Shown here: positions 24,395 through 37,887 of the stretch, piece after piece
How the letters are laid out: each line of letters starts with the position of its first letter
Position numbering within the stretch: position 1 is the stretch's first letter
Translations under genes and position numbers: made by a program
Notes under the pieces: model-generated
Seen by the model: only the letters and a program-made list of their open reading frames with translations
Database searches by the model: none
Told to the model about the DNA's origin: nothing
Origin: Octopus sinensis
Taxonomy: Eukaryota
Reading direction: 5' to 3'
Length of the DNA stretch: 64,000 nt
Assembly: GCF_006345805.1 (NCBI RefSeq)
Contig: NC_043011.1
Span: 10,478,001 to 10,542,000, forward strand

Positions 24395-27305
24395 ATGTGC
24401 AAATACATCACAGAAAAAGATTTACCTGAGATAAAAGAAAAGCTAAAGCAAGATATCCTTGCCAAAGCACAAAGGATCCACCGGTACGAGAAACGCCAGC
24501 ACTTCTTTGAACAAAACAAACAGTTCAACTCCAACCCCATAAAGTTCTACCAAGAACTTGGCAAAAATAAAATAGAAATCACTGCAGCACCAACGGCAGA
24601 AGAAGTGGAAGAATTCTGGAGAGAAATATGGTTGGCGAACGAACAACCAAAAAAAAAGGTATATTAAAACAACAAACTCAGCATTTGAGCAGCTTTGGAC
24701 CCCCATGACAACTGAAGAGGTCACCCAGGCACTGCAAAGACTAAGCAACTGGAAGGTACCTGGGCATGACAAGATCCCCAACTTCTGATTGAAATATCTG
24801 ACAGGAATGCACAAAAAGCTGGCTGAAAACTTTAACAACATACTGGCAGAACCAGAGACAATGCCTGAATGGCTCACGAAGGGGAAAAACCATCTTAATT
24901 CCCAAATCCAATGAGACAGCAAAACCAGAAAACTATAGACCTATAACCTGTCTCCCTACAATGTACAAAGCATTTACTGCAGTAATATCACAAAGATTGA
25001 ACAACCACCTAGACAAAAACAACCTGTTTCCAGAAGAGCAGAAAGGATGCCGCAAAGGCTCATATGGCTGTAAAGATCAACTAATGATCAATGAAGCCAT
25101 AATTGAAGACAGCCACAGAAAGAAGAAAGGCCTCAGTATGGCTGGATCGACTACAGAAAGCCGTTTGATACCATCCCCCGTACATGGATCCTCGAAACAC
25201 TAGCCATTAACAAAGTAGCACCAACAATTATAAAATACATAGGACACTCTATGAATAAATGGCAGACAGTGCTACAGCTCCAAACAAAAGAGGGACTCGT
25301 GAAAACCAAAGCCATCCCCATTAGAAGAGGAATATTCCAGGGAGACACGCTCTCTCCACTCCTTTCCTGCTTGGTACTGTCACCTCTATCTGATATGCTA
25401 AATAGAACTGGATGCGGATATAAATGTTACGGCAAAACAATCAGCCACCTTTTATATATGGATGACCTAAAACTATACGCTACAAATGACAAACAGCTGG
25501 AAACACTACTAAAGACAGTTCATGAATTTACCACAGAAATAGATATAAAATTTGGATTAGAAAAATGCGCCAAAGTAACCCTGAAAAGAGGAAAACTAGT
25601 TAAGAGTAGCAACGTCACACTAGATAAAGCCAATGAAATAAGAGAATTAGACCAAAGCCAAAGTTACAAATATTTAGGAATCCATGAACTAGATAAGACA
25701 CAACACACACAAATGAAAGAGAAAATAAAGAAAGAATATTATAGACGAGTTAGATCAATACTAAAAACAGAGCTCAATGCTAAAAACAAGATAATAGATA
25801 TTAACACTTTAGCCGTCCAAAGCCATCCCCATTAGAAGAGGAATATTCCAGGGAGACACGCTCTCTCCACTCCTTTCCTGCTTGGCACTGCCACCTCTAT
25901 CTGATATGCTAAATAGAACTGGATGCGGATATAAATGTTACGGCAAAACGATCAGCCACCTTTTACATACAGCTAAATGAACTAACCAAAATAGATAGGA
26001 AAACAAGAAAAATAATGACAGGATCTAGGATGCATCACCTAAAATCTGACATAGAAAGGCTATATATACAACGTATAGAAGGTGGTAGAGGCCTTATACA
26101 GCTGGAAAACTATTATAAAATAACCACCATAGGACTTCAAAAATATCTACTTCAGAAGGAAGGAAAACTGATACAAATAGCGGCAAAACACGAGAAAAAA
26201 AATTGTTCTAGGTATTTAAGGAAGCTGACAAATATAAACAAGAAATCATACCACCTAACAAATATGTAGAAGAAGAAGAAGAAGAAAAGAAGAAGAAGAA
26301 GAAGAAGAAGAAGAAGAAGAAGAAGAAGAAGAAGAAGAAGAAGAAGAAGAAGAAGAAGAAGAAGAAGAAGAAAACACAACAAAAGCTATAAAACAAATGA
26401 AATCCAAACTAAAACTAGAACAGCAACGGACCATGATAAAACGATGGCAAGAAAACCCCCTTCATGGCAAATTCTGGACTAAATTAAATGCAAAAAAAAT
26501 AGACAAAGAAAAATCCCAGCAATGGTTGAGAAGCTCAGGATTCAAAGCAGAGACAGAGGGATTTTTAATTGCAGCACAAGACCAAAGCCTCCCCACTAGA
26601 AATTACCAAAAACATGTAATGAAAAGAAATATAACAAGTAACTGCAGAATATGTGGAGATGGACAAGAAACAATAAATCATATTATCTCTAGCTGCCCAG
26701 TCCTAGCTAAGAAGGAATATATTCACAGGCACGACAGAGTTGGGACCTATATACACTGGAAACTATGCCAACATCATGGAATAACAACAGAAAAAAGATG
26801 GTATAGGCACACACCAGAAAAGGTCACAGAAAACGAGAAAGCAACCATACTCTGGGATATGCCGATACACACAGATAGAGAAATTAAGGCCAACAGACCA
26901 GATATAGTTGTCAGAGATCATGAAGAAAAAAATGCTTTCTAATTGATGTATCAATACCAGCGGATGACAACGTGTCTCTAAAAGAAATGGAGAAACTTTC
27001 AAAATACAAAGACCTGGAAATAGAGGTAACCAGAATGTGGAACCTAAAAACAGAAACAATTCCTATCATAGCAGGTACATTAGGCATGATAAAAAAATAT
27101 TCAGACAAATGCATAACAAAAACACCAGGACTTGCAAACACATATAACATACAGAAAATTGCACTACTAGGCACTGTACACATCCTACGCAGAACACTTT
27201 CCATACAATAACCATCAGAGCATCACAACAAATCACAGCACATACCCAAGGCACACAGAGCGGCACTCGGTAGTGAAGTGAAAGCACGCTATAAAAAATA
27301 TACTA

Positions 27306-27306
<1 letters not shown>
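24395..27306 (+). mobile_element. Dong/R4-clade retrotransposon, ~2.9 kb, 5'-truncated and frameshifted
   Basis: EEQKGCRKGSYGCKDQL, GIFQGDTLSP, YMDDLKL, CRICGDGQETINHIISSCP (CCHC), ANRPDIVV, LLGTVHILRRTL; (TAA)n on both flanks. Confidence 0.92.
26269..26372 (+). repeat. (GAA)n expansion inside the Dong/R4 ORF
   Basis: About 34 GAA units with one AA interruption. Confidence 0.95.
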
Positions 27307-27560
<254 letters not shown>

Positions 27561-29183
27561 CGGGATTGAGAAATATAGTTTTAAAACATAAGCTTTAACA
27601 TATAAAGAGGCGAGTAACAAACTCGATCTAATTGGTTGTGTCTAGAGAATGTGAATCGTGTGTTAGGCATCCCAAAATAATGAACTGTATTAGTCTATGA
27701 TACAGTTGTACTCCCCTCTATACAAAATATCCGTTCATTAAACAATACAGATATTGCATTCTAAGAAATTGTATACAGGTTATATTTAACACTCAGAAGG
27801 ATTAACGGCATTACTTGTCATTAAGATGCACGAAGACGGAACCGGAAATGAATAGATTTAAATCATCTGCTGCTTAGACAATGGTGTGAGAACCGGAAAC
27901 ACAGCTTTAATTAATGATGGCTCTTACAGACTGAGAGAAAATATTAAGACCTTTGAGAATATAGCTAATACAGAGCATCTTAACACCGCACGTGACTTTT
28001 TAACAACTTCGTCCCATCTATTTCTTTTTCTGAGGTCAATTATTTCCCGTGAACACAAAGGGCTGAACAACAGATTTGGGACATAAATAAGAGTGTGTCA
28101 ATTTCCTATTGAAATCGGTTTTCTTAATCCCCAATATTTTTAGAGATAAGTATAAATGCCACAAAATACTGCCTCATCTGTCTAAAACATTTCTCTTTCA
28201 ACAAATAACGCATTTTAATCCCACTGATAGACATTGTGTGTAAAATGTGCGACAAAAATTATTCCCGTGGAAAAGGTAAAAGGCAAAAAACAGTTAAAGC
28301 CAGATTGAAGTAATTCCACACAACTTGAACGGAAAATAGTTTTGAGCGGTGGGGCAAGGATTACACAAATTCCTCATAACTTCATTTCTTTAAAGTTTCA
28401 TAAAAACTTGAAAGAGGGAGAAGGGAGGGGATGACAGAGAGTGAGGGGAAAGAGGGCATGGAGAAGGAAGAAAGGGAGAAAAGAGAGAGAAAGAGAGGAA
28501 AGAGGAAGGAGAGAGAGGAAGGAGAGAGAGGAGAGAGAGAGAAAGAGAGATTCCTGGCTGTTTCTATTCTTGGTTTAAACCATTTTATTTACGCCGTTAA
28601 TATTCTTTAAACAACCCCAAACATCAGGGATTCCAGTTTAAACAAACCCCAAACTCTTTACTGGTCACTGATTGCAGTCAAATTATGCTCTTCTCACTAA
28701 AACATATTTTCAACTTTAATTTTTCCTTAATGAATGAAGACGATACAGAAAATCAAGAAAACATATTTAAACCTGGTTTCTCTTATAACTTTATGAGAGA
28801 TAATCTGGGAACGAGTTGCAGCAGAGGGACAATAAAAGAACATGAACATCAATGAACAGATTGGGGCGGGTGGGGGTGGGGGGAGAATCGACTTCAAGTT
28901 TAGTTCTTCTTTTCAACAACAAAGACAAATGTGAAATATTTTAGTTTCAAAGCATGAATATTTTATAGCAAACGAGAAGTTTGTCAATTCTTTCTAAACT
29001 AAATAGAAATAGATCCATCCGATAATTGCTAAAAATCTTTAATTTCCAGTTGCTGTCGCGGTTGTTGCTGTCCGCGGAGTAGCAGTGTGTGTGTGTGTGT
29101 GTTTTCATCAAATCTACTCTCGTTTATTACTTCATGATTAAGTCACTCTCAAGTTTCGAAGGGAATAAAAGACATTACTTATG

Positions 29184-29241
<58 letters not shown>

Positions 29242-29588
29242 TACCGTTGCATCATGCATGTTATTCATATTTTGTGAAGTCAAACATCAAACACAATATC
29301 TCCACACGACTCCAAGTTCGCTGAGTTTTATACGTGAGACTTTGAAAAGAAACCTGTTAATGAAATAGAGGTTAGAAGTGATAGTGATGTATCTGTGTGC
29401 AGTGTAGCCGCAAACTGAATCCATCCAAACTGCAGAGTGAAGAACATTGTAAAATATATAAAACAAATAACAATAAAATTGTTCGTTGTTAACAGTTATT
29501 TAGCACCGTTGATATAACAGCTCAGTGCTTAACAAAGCTCCTCACATACGCACATATTAAAGCAACTATATACATACACATACACATA

Positions 29589-29629
<41 letters not shown>

Positions 29630-29689
29630 TTTCTCTCACACACTCGTATATCTAATATGGTGAAAACGCAGACACGTATAAAGTTTATG

Positions 29690-29800
29690 TTTTACGATGA
29701 TTTCTTAGAAGTGTTCCATCTCCCATCTACCAATGCTGCGTACAACAAAGAATTAATACGAATCAAGGAACTGTAAAAGAACAATGGAATTGTACACCAA
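29690..29800 (+). pseudogene. Possible Penelope-like RT/linker fragment
   Basis: FHLPSTNAAYNKELIRIKEL*KNNG resembles the PLE 'Y.KEL..IK.IA..NGY' linker. Confidence 0.3.
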
Positions 29801-29968
29801 CGGAATGGTGCACAATACAATGTCGGAAGTCAACTGAAAAATAACGCAAACATTCAAAACAAAGAAGTATGACGATGCACACACATTTACTTACAAACAC
29901 GTACACATACTGATATATACATACTTACATACACACACATACATGAATATACATACATACGTATATGC

Positions 29969-29999
<31 letters not shown>

Positions 30000-30037
30000 A
30001 ATACTTGTACACATACACCCGCTAATAAACACATACC

Positions 30038-30070
<33 letters not shown>

Positions 30071-30299
30071 AATAATAATAATAATAATAATAATAATCGA
30101 AATAGTGAAGAGAATGATAATTGTTTATGATATAGGCAGTCATACGTACGTGTGTATATATGTGTATGCCTATAGAGAAAGAAGGAAGGACGAGAAAGAG
30201 AGAGGAAGAAGTATTGAGGGAAAGAGAGAGAGGTTAAAGAGGGAGAGAGAGAGAGAGAGATAAAGAAAGAGAGCGAGAGAGAGAGAGAGAGAAGGTTTG

Positions 30300-32930
30300 A
30301 AGACGTATTTTCCCATTATAGAAATCCGACACATTTTGCAAAGTTGATTGCGATGAGATATTTGGTGAGAGACCAGAATAATTAGTGAGAGATGTGAAGC
30401 CAGCCTGGCCTCACCACAATCCGTTCATTTGAAAGAGCTCAACGCTAATCTTATTCCTCGATTCTTTGGAAATGTTTAAATAGATCGTTATGTAAGCAAA
30501 AGTATGAGATAAAAGACTGATTAAGTGAAAAGTGTTTAAATAGATAATCCTTGTGTTCGGAGAGAAGATAACTTTAATAGTTTTTTGAGATGCCTGGATA
30601 CATTTACGATTCCGGTATTTTTATTACTTTTGGAAGGTCAGTGTTATGAAATTACTTATGAACAAGTAACTCTTTTGAAATTGTAAGACATTATAGCACA
30701 TTCTTGCAATACCTTTTCGCCATATTCAGCATTCGTTCTTCCGAATCGTTGCCAAGTTTCCACCGTAACTGATCAACTTATGCGTGTTGCTTTCATCTTT
30801 TCACGGATTCTTAGTTTACAGCAGAGTTATGCTAGACTTAGATATTGTTCTGCTATATCTATTATTTCAATTGTTATTCTGCTTACACTTTTACGAAGCT
30901 TCTTCCAAGAAACTACATATTAGTTTCCAATTTAGTTCATCTTGTGAAGCAGTCCTATCAATTTGGAGGGGACGCAATTTGGCCGGTGTCAGTTCCACTG
31001 GCTTCAAATGCAAAAGAAAACGCTTTTCAGATTCTTTCTTTCTCTTCCTCAATATTTGTTTCCTCTTTTACAGCTTCACTTTAGAATATTTATATTTTTA
31101 TAAATTTACCGAAAATCTATTTGAAAATCGAAACTAATAGTAGTAGCTAGGCTAGATGTACATCGTGGAAGAATATCACTGACGTGAATGAAAAGTTCTA
31201 CATTTCTTAGTTGTCTTCGAGACGAAAGGTAGAGAAACTTGAGAAAAATTTCAAGTGGTATGGACAAATAAAAAAAAATAAATTTCTAAAATTAACCAAA
31301 GTGAACGTCCCCAAAACTCCAGATCAATGCAAGGATAGTTTGAAAGATGTAATATGGTTCAATTCAGCAGAGATATCGATTTCTGAAATACAACAGAGAA
31401 AATATGGAAAAACAGAAAATTGAAGCAGAATTCCGCAAACATTCAAGACAAATGTGAATTTTATAATTTGTTGAATCTAATGTTCTTAGGGAAAGGATGT
31501 GCCCATTTCTTCCTAAGTTGAACCTAGTTGAGATATTGGAATCCACCTGCAAGCTAACCTCCACGAAAAACTTGCCAGTCTGGGTTATACCCGATGTAAA
31601 GAAAGTAATGTCTGTTTTAAGTGACGTAAACTAAACTAGTTGCAACAGATGTCTTTTATGACTTTTGAATTGAATCAGAGAAACACGAGAAAAAAATATT
31701 GAAATAAATATTGCAGAAAGGTACGGAAAAAAAAAAGTGAATGTTTAATCAGAATGTGATGAAATCTTTTCTGAACGAAATGTTCGATATTTTCGATCAA
31801 ACTTTTTTTTTTTTTACATGAACTCACTTGAATGTATTTCATTTATTACATTCAGGTGTGATGTATGTCAAAACCTGCAGAATACCGAGAAGTATAACTT
31901 ACGGTATGTACTTATGCCCTGAGTTGATCTCTCATTAAGGTCAATTTTGTCTTTTATCGACCTCAGTATCTGAGTGTTACTTAACGAATTGTAACCGTCA
32001 CTCGCGAGCAAGTGTGACTTTGCAGCATGAACCATTCCTTTTCTATTTTTGGTGCCCTTGAAGTCTGAAGCAGAAATCGGTTACCTCACAGCTTTCACGT
32101 CCTCTTCTCAATGGTAGAGTGAGCACCAGTCAGACACTAAAATCTTTAAAATAATCGACTCTGCAAGAAATACAAACAAATTTTAAATGGATCAGAAATA
32201 ATTTGATCTGGAAATTATTTTATAGAGGAGGATTTTCAGAAAAATGGTGAATCAATGCAAATAAATATCGGAGAAAAAATAAAATCATTCACAGAGTGCT
32301 GATTATTTTTTCAGTTGATTCCCTAAAACAAAGAAGAGAGAACTAGTCTACAGATTAAGGCGAAAATTCTTGTAAAGGTTTTGTGTACACGAAATCTTAA
32401 CAAAGTCCGGCATCATTTTAGGAGATAAACTCGAAAAATTTCGAATGTACCAAAATCTAACCATTTAAAACTTAAATAAAGACGAGGAACATGGCCAATC
32501 TTGTTTAGCGAAATAATGTTTGATTGCTGAAGAGATTGAAAGAAAAAGCGAAAAGGACCAAAACTGAATCAAAAATACAATTTCAGTAAAGTGAGCGAAT
32601 AAAGAAAAGTATTTAGAGGAAATAGATTACGAATTGGTTCCACAAATTGAAGGAGTTTAACACTTTGGATGTGAAGAGGTTCAAACATGGCTATTAATAA
32701 TATAGCATAACACGAAAATAGAAGAATTTATTTACATGAAATTCTCGAATATTCTCTGCAAGTGAAGCAGGGAAAAGAAAATAGGAAAAACAAAATATGA
32801 AATTTTAAAATTAACCGCAAATATAATAAATATTATGCAAGAGAAAGAAACAAGAAACCAACTTTATCGAGTTTCGAAGCACAAATTGATGCGATAAAGA
32901 ATAATTACAAAGAATTTCGTTTCAAATTTT
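30300..32930 (+). pseudogene. Old L1/Tx1-type ORF2 3' half, heavily degraded
   Basis: Scattered motifs in the expected order: HLKELNANLIPRFFG, VPKT...DVIWFNS, HFGCEEVQTW, KKPTLSSFEAQI. Confidence 0.5.
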
Positions 32931-33071
32931 ATTCCATTTTCATATTCTACCCCTCCCCTCGTTTTATTGTAGACTTTCTTTAAAATTATATTTATTTTCT
33001 CATTTTCCTTCCAGCTTCAAATTTCGTGGCGCTATCGTTTCCTCTTCATTCTCTCCCTCCTCTCTTTCACC

Positions 33072-33122
<51 letters not shown>

Positions 33123-33123
<1 letters not shown>

Positions 33124-33343
33124 ATTCTATGTAAGGATGTTGTGTGTGTCTGACCGCCTGTACATATACATGTAATCAAACAAACATACATTTATAGATA
33201 TACACGCACGTATATACATATTCTTTGATTTCGTAGTGCTGGAGCACCGCCTTATTTTTGCTTTTGTTATATATTACACATTTTTTTATACATACACACA
33301 GGTGTAATTTTCTGCTCACATAGATGTATTCACATATATATTA

Positions 33344-33378
<35 letters not shown>

Positions 33379-33640
33379 TTTCTCTCTCTCTCTCTCATTC
33401 TATGTAAGGATGTTGTGTGTGTCTGACCGCCTGTACATATACATGTAATCAAACAAACATACATTTATAGATATACACGCACGTATATACATATTCTTTG
33501 ATTTCGTAGTGCTGGAGCACCGCCTTATTTTTGCTTTTGTTATATATTACACATTTTTTTATACATACACACAGGTGTAATTTTCTGCTCACATAGATGT
33601 ATTCACATATATATTACTCTCTCTCTCTCTCTCTCTCTCT
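33123..33640. repeat. Tandem duplication, period 273 bp, bounded by (CT)n
   Basis: 33123-33344 equals 33396-33617 by eye. Confidence 0.92.
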
Positions 33641-34233
33641 TTTTCACACAGACTCTCTCTCCTTCTCTTTATCTTTCCCTCTCTCTCTTTCTCTCTCCTC
33701 TCTCTCACGCGTTTTCGACTCCATACCCGCCAAAGTGTCCACATACTACGACCTTTCTTTCTCTCTCTTTTTCTCTATCTCCCTCTCTCTCTCACTCTCT
33801 ATCTCTCTCTCTCTCTCTAACACATCCTCTCCCTATCTTTCTTTCCTCCAACTGCAATTTTTCCATTCTCCCTTTCTTATGCGTATAGACTCCCTCACTC
33901 TGCAACGCGCGCGCACACACGCACGCACACGCACACGCACACACACGCACACACACACGCACATACACACACACACACTTACGCATCCTTTTACCCTTTC
34001 CCTCTCTCACTGTTATTTTAATTTACTTTGATAGTTTGCTGCTCCTTCCTATACTCCCTCTCCCCACTCTACACAACTCTCTTTCTCTTTCAACCTTCCC
34101 CCTCTTCTCCTCTTCCCAACAGATTTTGTATTTCCCTTCCACTGTCACCGTTCCCTACTTTGAACATTTCCTTCATCCATTATTTACATTATTTACATTT
34201 GACAGATATTTGTCCTCATCTTGTTTGTTGTTA

Positions 34234-34276
34234 ACACAACGTTTCGGCTGATATACCCTCAGCCTTCATCAGGTGT
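34234..34276 (-). ncRNA. Minimal type I hammerhead ribozyme (PLE-type), core apparently intact
   Basis: Minus: ACAC-CUGAUGA-A-GGCUGA-ggguaua-UCAGCC-GAAAC-GUU-GUGU; stems I and II pair perfectly; stem III is the ACGU palindrome. Confidence 0.75.
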
Positions 34277-35307
34277 CTTGGGGAAATTTCGAACCAGGGT
34301 TCTCATTCCTAAGGTATTTTTCGATGTTCTTGTTATTGTTATTATTATTATTATAATTATTATTATTATTATTATTATTATTATCTTTTTTGTAGATGAC
34401 ATTGTAAATTGTTTTAGCGACAACATCGTGCCGACATTTTAGGACAGCCGCTAATTACATACGTGATGTCTTCCACAGAAACACGACATAGCCTACACAT
34501 GCGGTTGCACCTTGGGATTACAAGAGCGTCACTGTCTCTCTTGTTCACCAGGTGTACTTTGTGGCATTCCCCGCCAGGTGAATATCTTTCTGTCAGAGAT
34601 TCTTACATTTCTTTCAAACCTAAGCACCGCTTCTTCCACTTCTGTACTAATAGAATGGCCCACTCAACCCCACCCCACTCCATAACAGTTATAAAAAAAT
34701 ACACTACACTCTATCGTCGATGATGTAAACTCATCGAGTGATGTGATGTACATTAGGTACAGTGAACGGCCTATTGATTTTGGCCAATGTACTGCAAGTA
34801 AAATGAATATATCTTAACATTTAGAGAGAGATTTCTGACATACAAGCTGCGAAACTATAGGTTTATGGTGTATGAGTTCAGAATATGAAACTCACCTCCA
34901 ATCGTTTGAAGTTTCTGTGTCAAAGGCGCGTCTTGCATTAGGAAATGGGGAGACCCTTCATCTCGTTATAGCAAAAAATAGTGCCTTAGAAAGGCACCAC
35001 CAAAGATATCGAAGTTGTGAAGGTGTATCAAGCTTAAGTAAACCCAAATTCTCCAAAATGTATTCCCAGATGGACTTGAATCCAATTCTTCAAACTGATA
35101 AAACATTCTTCAATTATACATTGTTCCTAACTTCTGTTTTTGATTCTTGTTTCCTATTATGTAGATTGAAACTTTTGATAGGTCAGTGCTACTGTCAAGA
35201 ACTGTAATGTTTCAAAATGAGAACAAACCATCGCCAAACTTGGCAGTAATCCTGCCCGCTTCGATTCCACATTATGGTCTCGGATTAGTCAATGTAATGT
35301 CGGCTAA

Positions 35308-35343
<36 letters not shown>

Positions 35344-35424
35344 GTATGCACATTTACACTGATTACTATTTAACAAAATAAAGACGTTGATGACATGAAG
35401 TCTTTTAAGAATATAAAAGACTAC

Positions 35425-36075
35425 AGGAGTATACAGAAATATTGAAACACAAAGGAATACAGGAATATATAGGAGTATACAGAAATATTGAAACACAAAG
35501 GAATACAGGAATATATAGGAGTATACAGAAATATTGAAACACAAAGGAATACTGGAATATATAGGAGTATACAGAAATATTGAAACACAAAGGAATACAG
35601 GAATATATAGGAGTATACAGAAATATTGAAACACAAAGGAATACTGGAATATATAGGAGTATACAGAAATATTGAAACACAAAGGAATACAGGAATATAT
35701 AGGAGTATACAGAAATATTGAAACACAAAGGAATACAGGAATATATAGGAGTATACAGAAATATTGAAACACAAAGGAATACAGGAATATATAGGAGTAT
35801 ACAGAAATATTGAAACACAAAGGAATACTGGAATATATAGGAGTATACAGAAATATTGAAACACAAAGGAATACAGGAATATATAGGAGTATACAGAAAT
35901 ATTGAAACACAAAGGAATACTGGAATATATAGGAGTATACAGAAATATTGAAACACAAAGGAATACAGGAATATATAGGAGTATACAGAAATATTGAAAC
36001 ACAAAGGAATACAGGAATATATAGGAATATTGGAATATATAGGAGTATACAGGAATATATAGGAGTATACAGGAA
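35425..36075. repeat. 46-bp minisatellite, 13 full units plus degenerate subunits
   Basis: Unit AGGAGTATACAGAAATATTGAAACACAAAGGAATAC(A/T)GGAATATAT. Confidence 0.95.
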
Positions 36076-36169
36076 TAAAGAACTAAAAGAAATAGAATGA
36101 ACGCCACAATAGTCGATTCCGGAGATTTATTTTTAAAAATCACGACCTGAACGAAATATTTCAATATTC

Positions 36170-36334
36170 TTTTCTTCTCTAGGAACAAGGCCCGGAATTT
36201 TGGGGGAGGGGGCCAGTCTATTTGATCGACCCCAGTACGCAACTGGTACTTAATTTATCGACCCCGAAAGGATGAAAGGTAAAGTCGATCTTGGCGGAAT
36301 TTGAACTCAGAAAGTAAAGACAGACGAAAATACC
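36170..36334 (-). mobile_element. Meta-type SINE, head-truncated, alternative 3' tail
   Basis: Same core as 20401; tail on plus reads TTCTCTAGGAACAAGGCCCGGAATTTTGGGGGAGGGGGCCAG. Confidence 0.75.
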
Positions 36335-36567
36335 TATTTCTTTACAACCCTCAAGGGGCTAAACACAGATAGGACAAACAAGGACAGACAAACGGATTAA
36401 GTCGATTATATCGACCCCAGTGCGTAACTGGTACTTATTTAATCGACCCCGAAAGGGTGAAAGGCAAAGTCGACCTCGGCGGAATTTGAACTCAGAACGT
36501 AGCGGCAGACGAAATACCGGAAAGCATTTCGCCCGACGTGCTAACCATTCTGCCAGCTCGCCGCCTT
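36335..36567 (-). mobile_element. Meta-type SINE, full length
   Basis: Head AAGGCGGCGAGCTGGCAGAA, B box GAGTTCAAATTCC, core, and tail ending GTAAAGAAATA. Confidence 0.85.
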
Positions 36568-36778
36568 CGAAATATTTTAATATTAACGAATGATGGAATA
36601 TATTTTGTCAGGCAAATCATAAAATAGAAACATAAAATATATTAATTCTAATGAATAGCAGCGAATAATTAATTAGTTGAGATGGATCACTCCCTACATT
36701 TGCAACGTCTTCATTAAATTCTGTATTAACACACACACACGCACATACACACACGCGCGCACACACAGAGACACACAC

Positions 36779-36818
<40 letters not shown>

Positions 36819-37761
36819 TGTTTTTACCAGAACGAAGCTTTACCGGGAACATCTGTAGGTTGTACATGAATTAGCTGATATTTTGTCATCAATGTGGAAT
36901 ATTTGAAACGAAAGAGTTTGTCTTCAGTGATACAATTGCGCTAAAATAATAAATTAAAAAATATACTAAAAAAACAAAGACATTAAAAATCTCTTCGTTC
37001 GTAATAAATTGTAAAGATATGAAAGCGAAAATACGAAAAAAGAAACCAGCATCCATTGTGAAGTATTAATTTAATTGCAACAATAAAAGTTGCGATATTC
37101 ACCACTCTGATGGCGAGACTTGTCGTGCCATGCTATCTATCCCGCGGTCTATATATGTGTGTCTCTCATGCAGAGGTTGGTGGTAGCACCTGCAAAACAA
37201 AAGGACACACGGACACACACACAAACGTCTGGACAGGAAAACAAATAAAAACAGCAATCAGTAGCATGATTAGTCATAATATACAGCAACCAAACTAAAC
37301 TGGAAGATTTTTTTCAACTCTTGAATCGATATTTTAATTTTAATGGAATCAGTACATTTGGTACATTCCTTGACTTACGCTTGGTATAACCAAGTTTCAA
37401 TGAAACCAATGTGTAGAAGCTGGCCATTGTTCACATAGTGTGTGTGTGTGAATATATTTATATGTATATATACAAAAGACACACATGTACACACACACAC
37501 ACACAAACATACATTCACGTAGCTAATATGTAGTGAGGACCCACGGGCTTGCTTACATATTGAGTGCAAAGCCCCCATCCCCTCCAAATTCTTTAAAATC
37601 GTCTGCTCGTCTCTGTCTTTCTCTCACTCACACGCGCGCGTGCGCACCCACCCACCCACTCACACACACACACTTACACACGCATACAGCACGCACACAT
37701 CTTTCTTAATCACTCTCTTCTTCCAACGGTATATCTTGAGTTTACAATATGTCTCATTCCC

Positions 37762-37819
<58 letters not shown>

Positions 37820-37836
37820 TAGATAGATATATATAT

Positions 37837-37886
<50 letters not shown>

Positions 37887-37887
<1 letters not shown>

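Noticed and set aside
34872-35207. 111-aa ORF in unique sequence
   Set aside because: No motif recognised on either strand and no splice support.
35272-36242. 46-bp array as a CRISPR array or a repetitive protein gene
   Set aside because: Units are contiguous with no unique spacers and no cas genes are present; the ORFs are by-products of the repeat.
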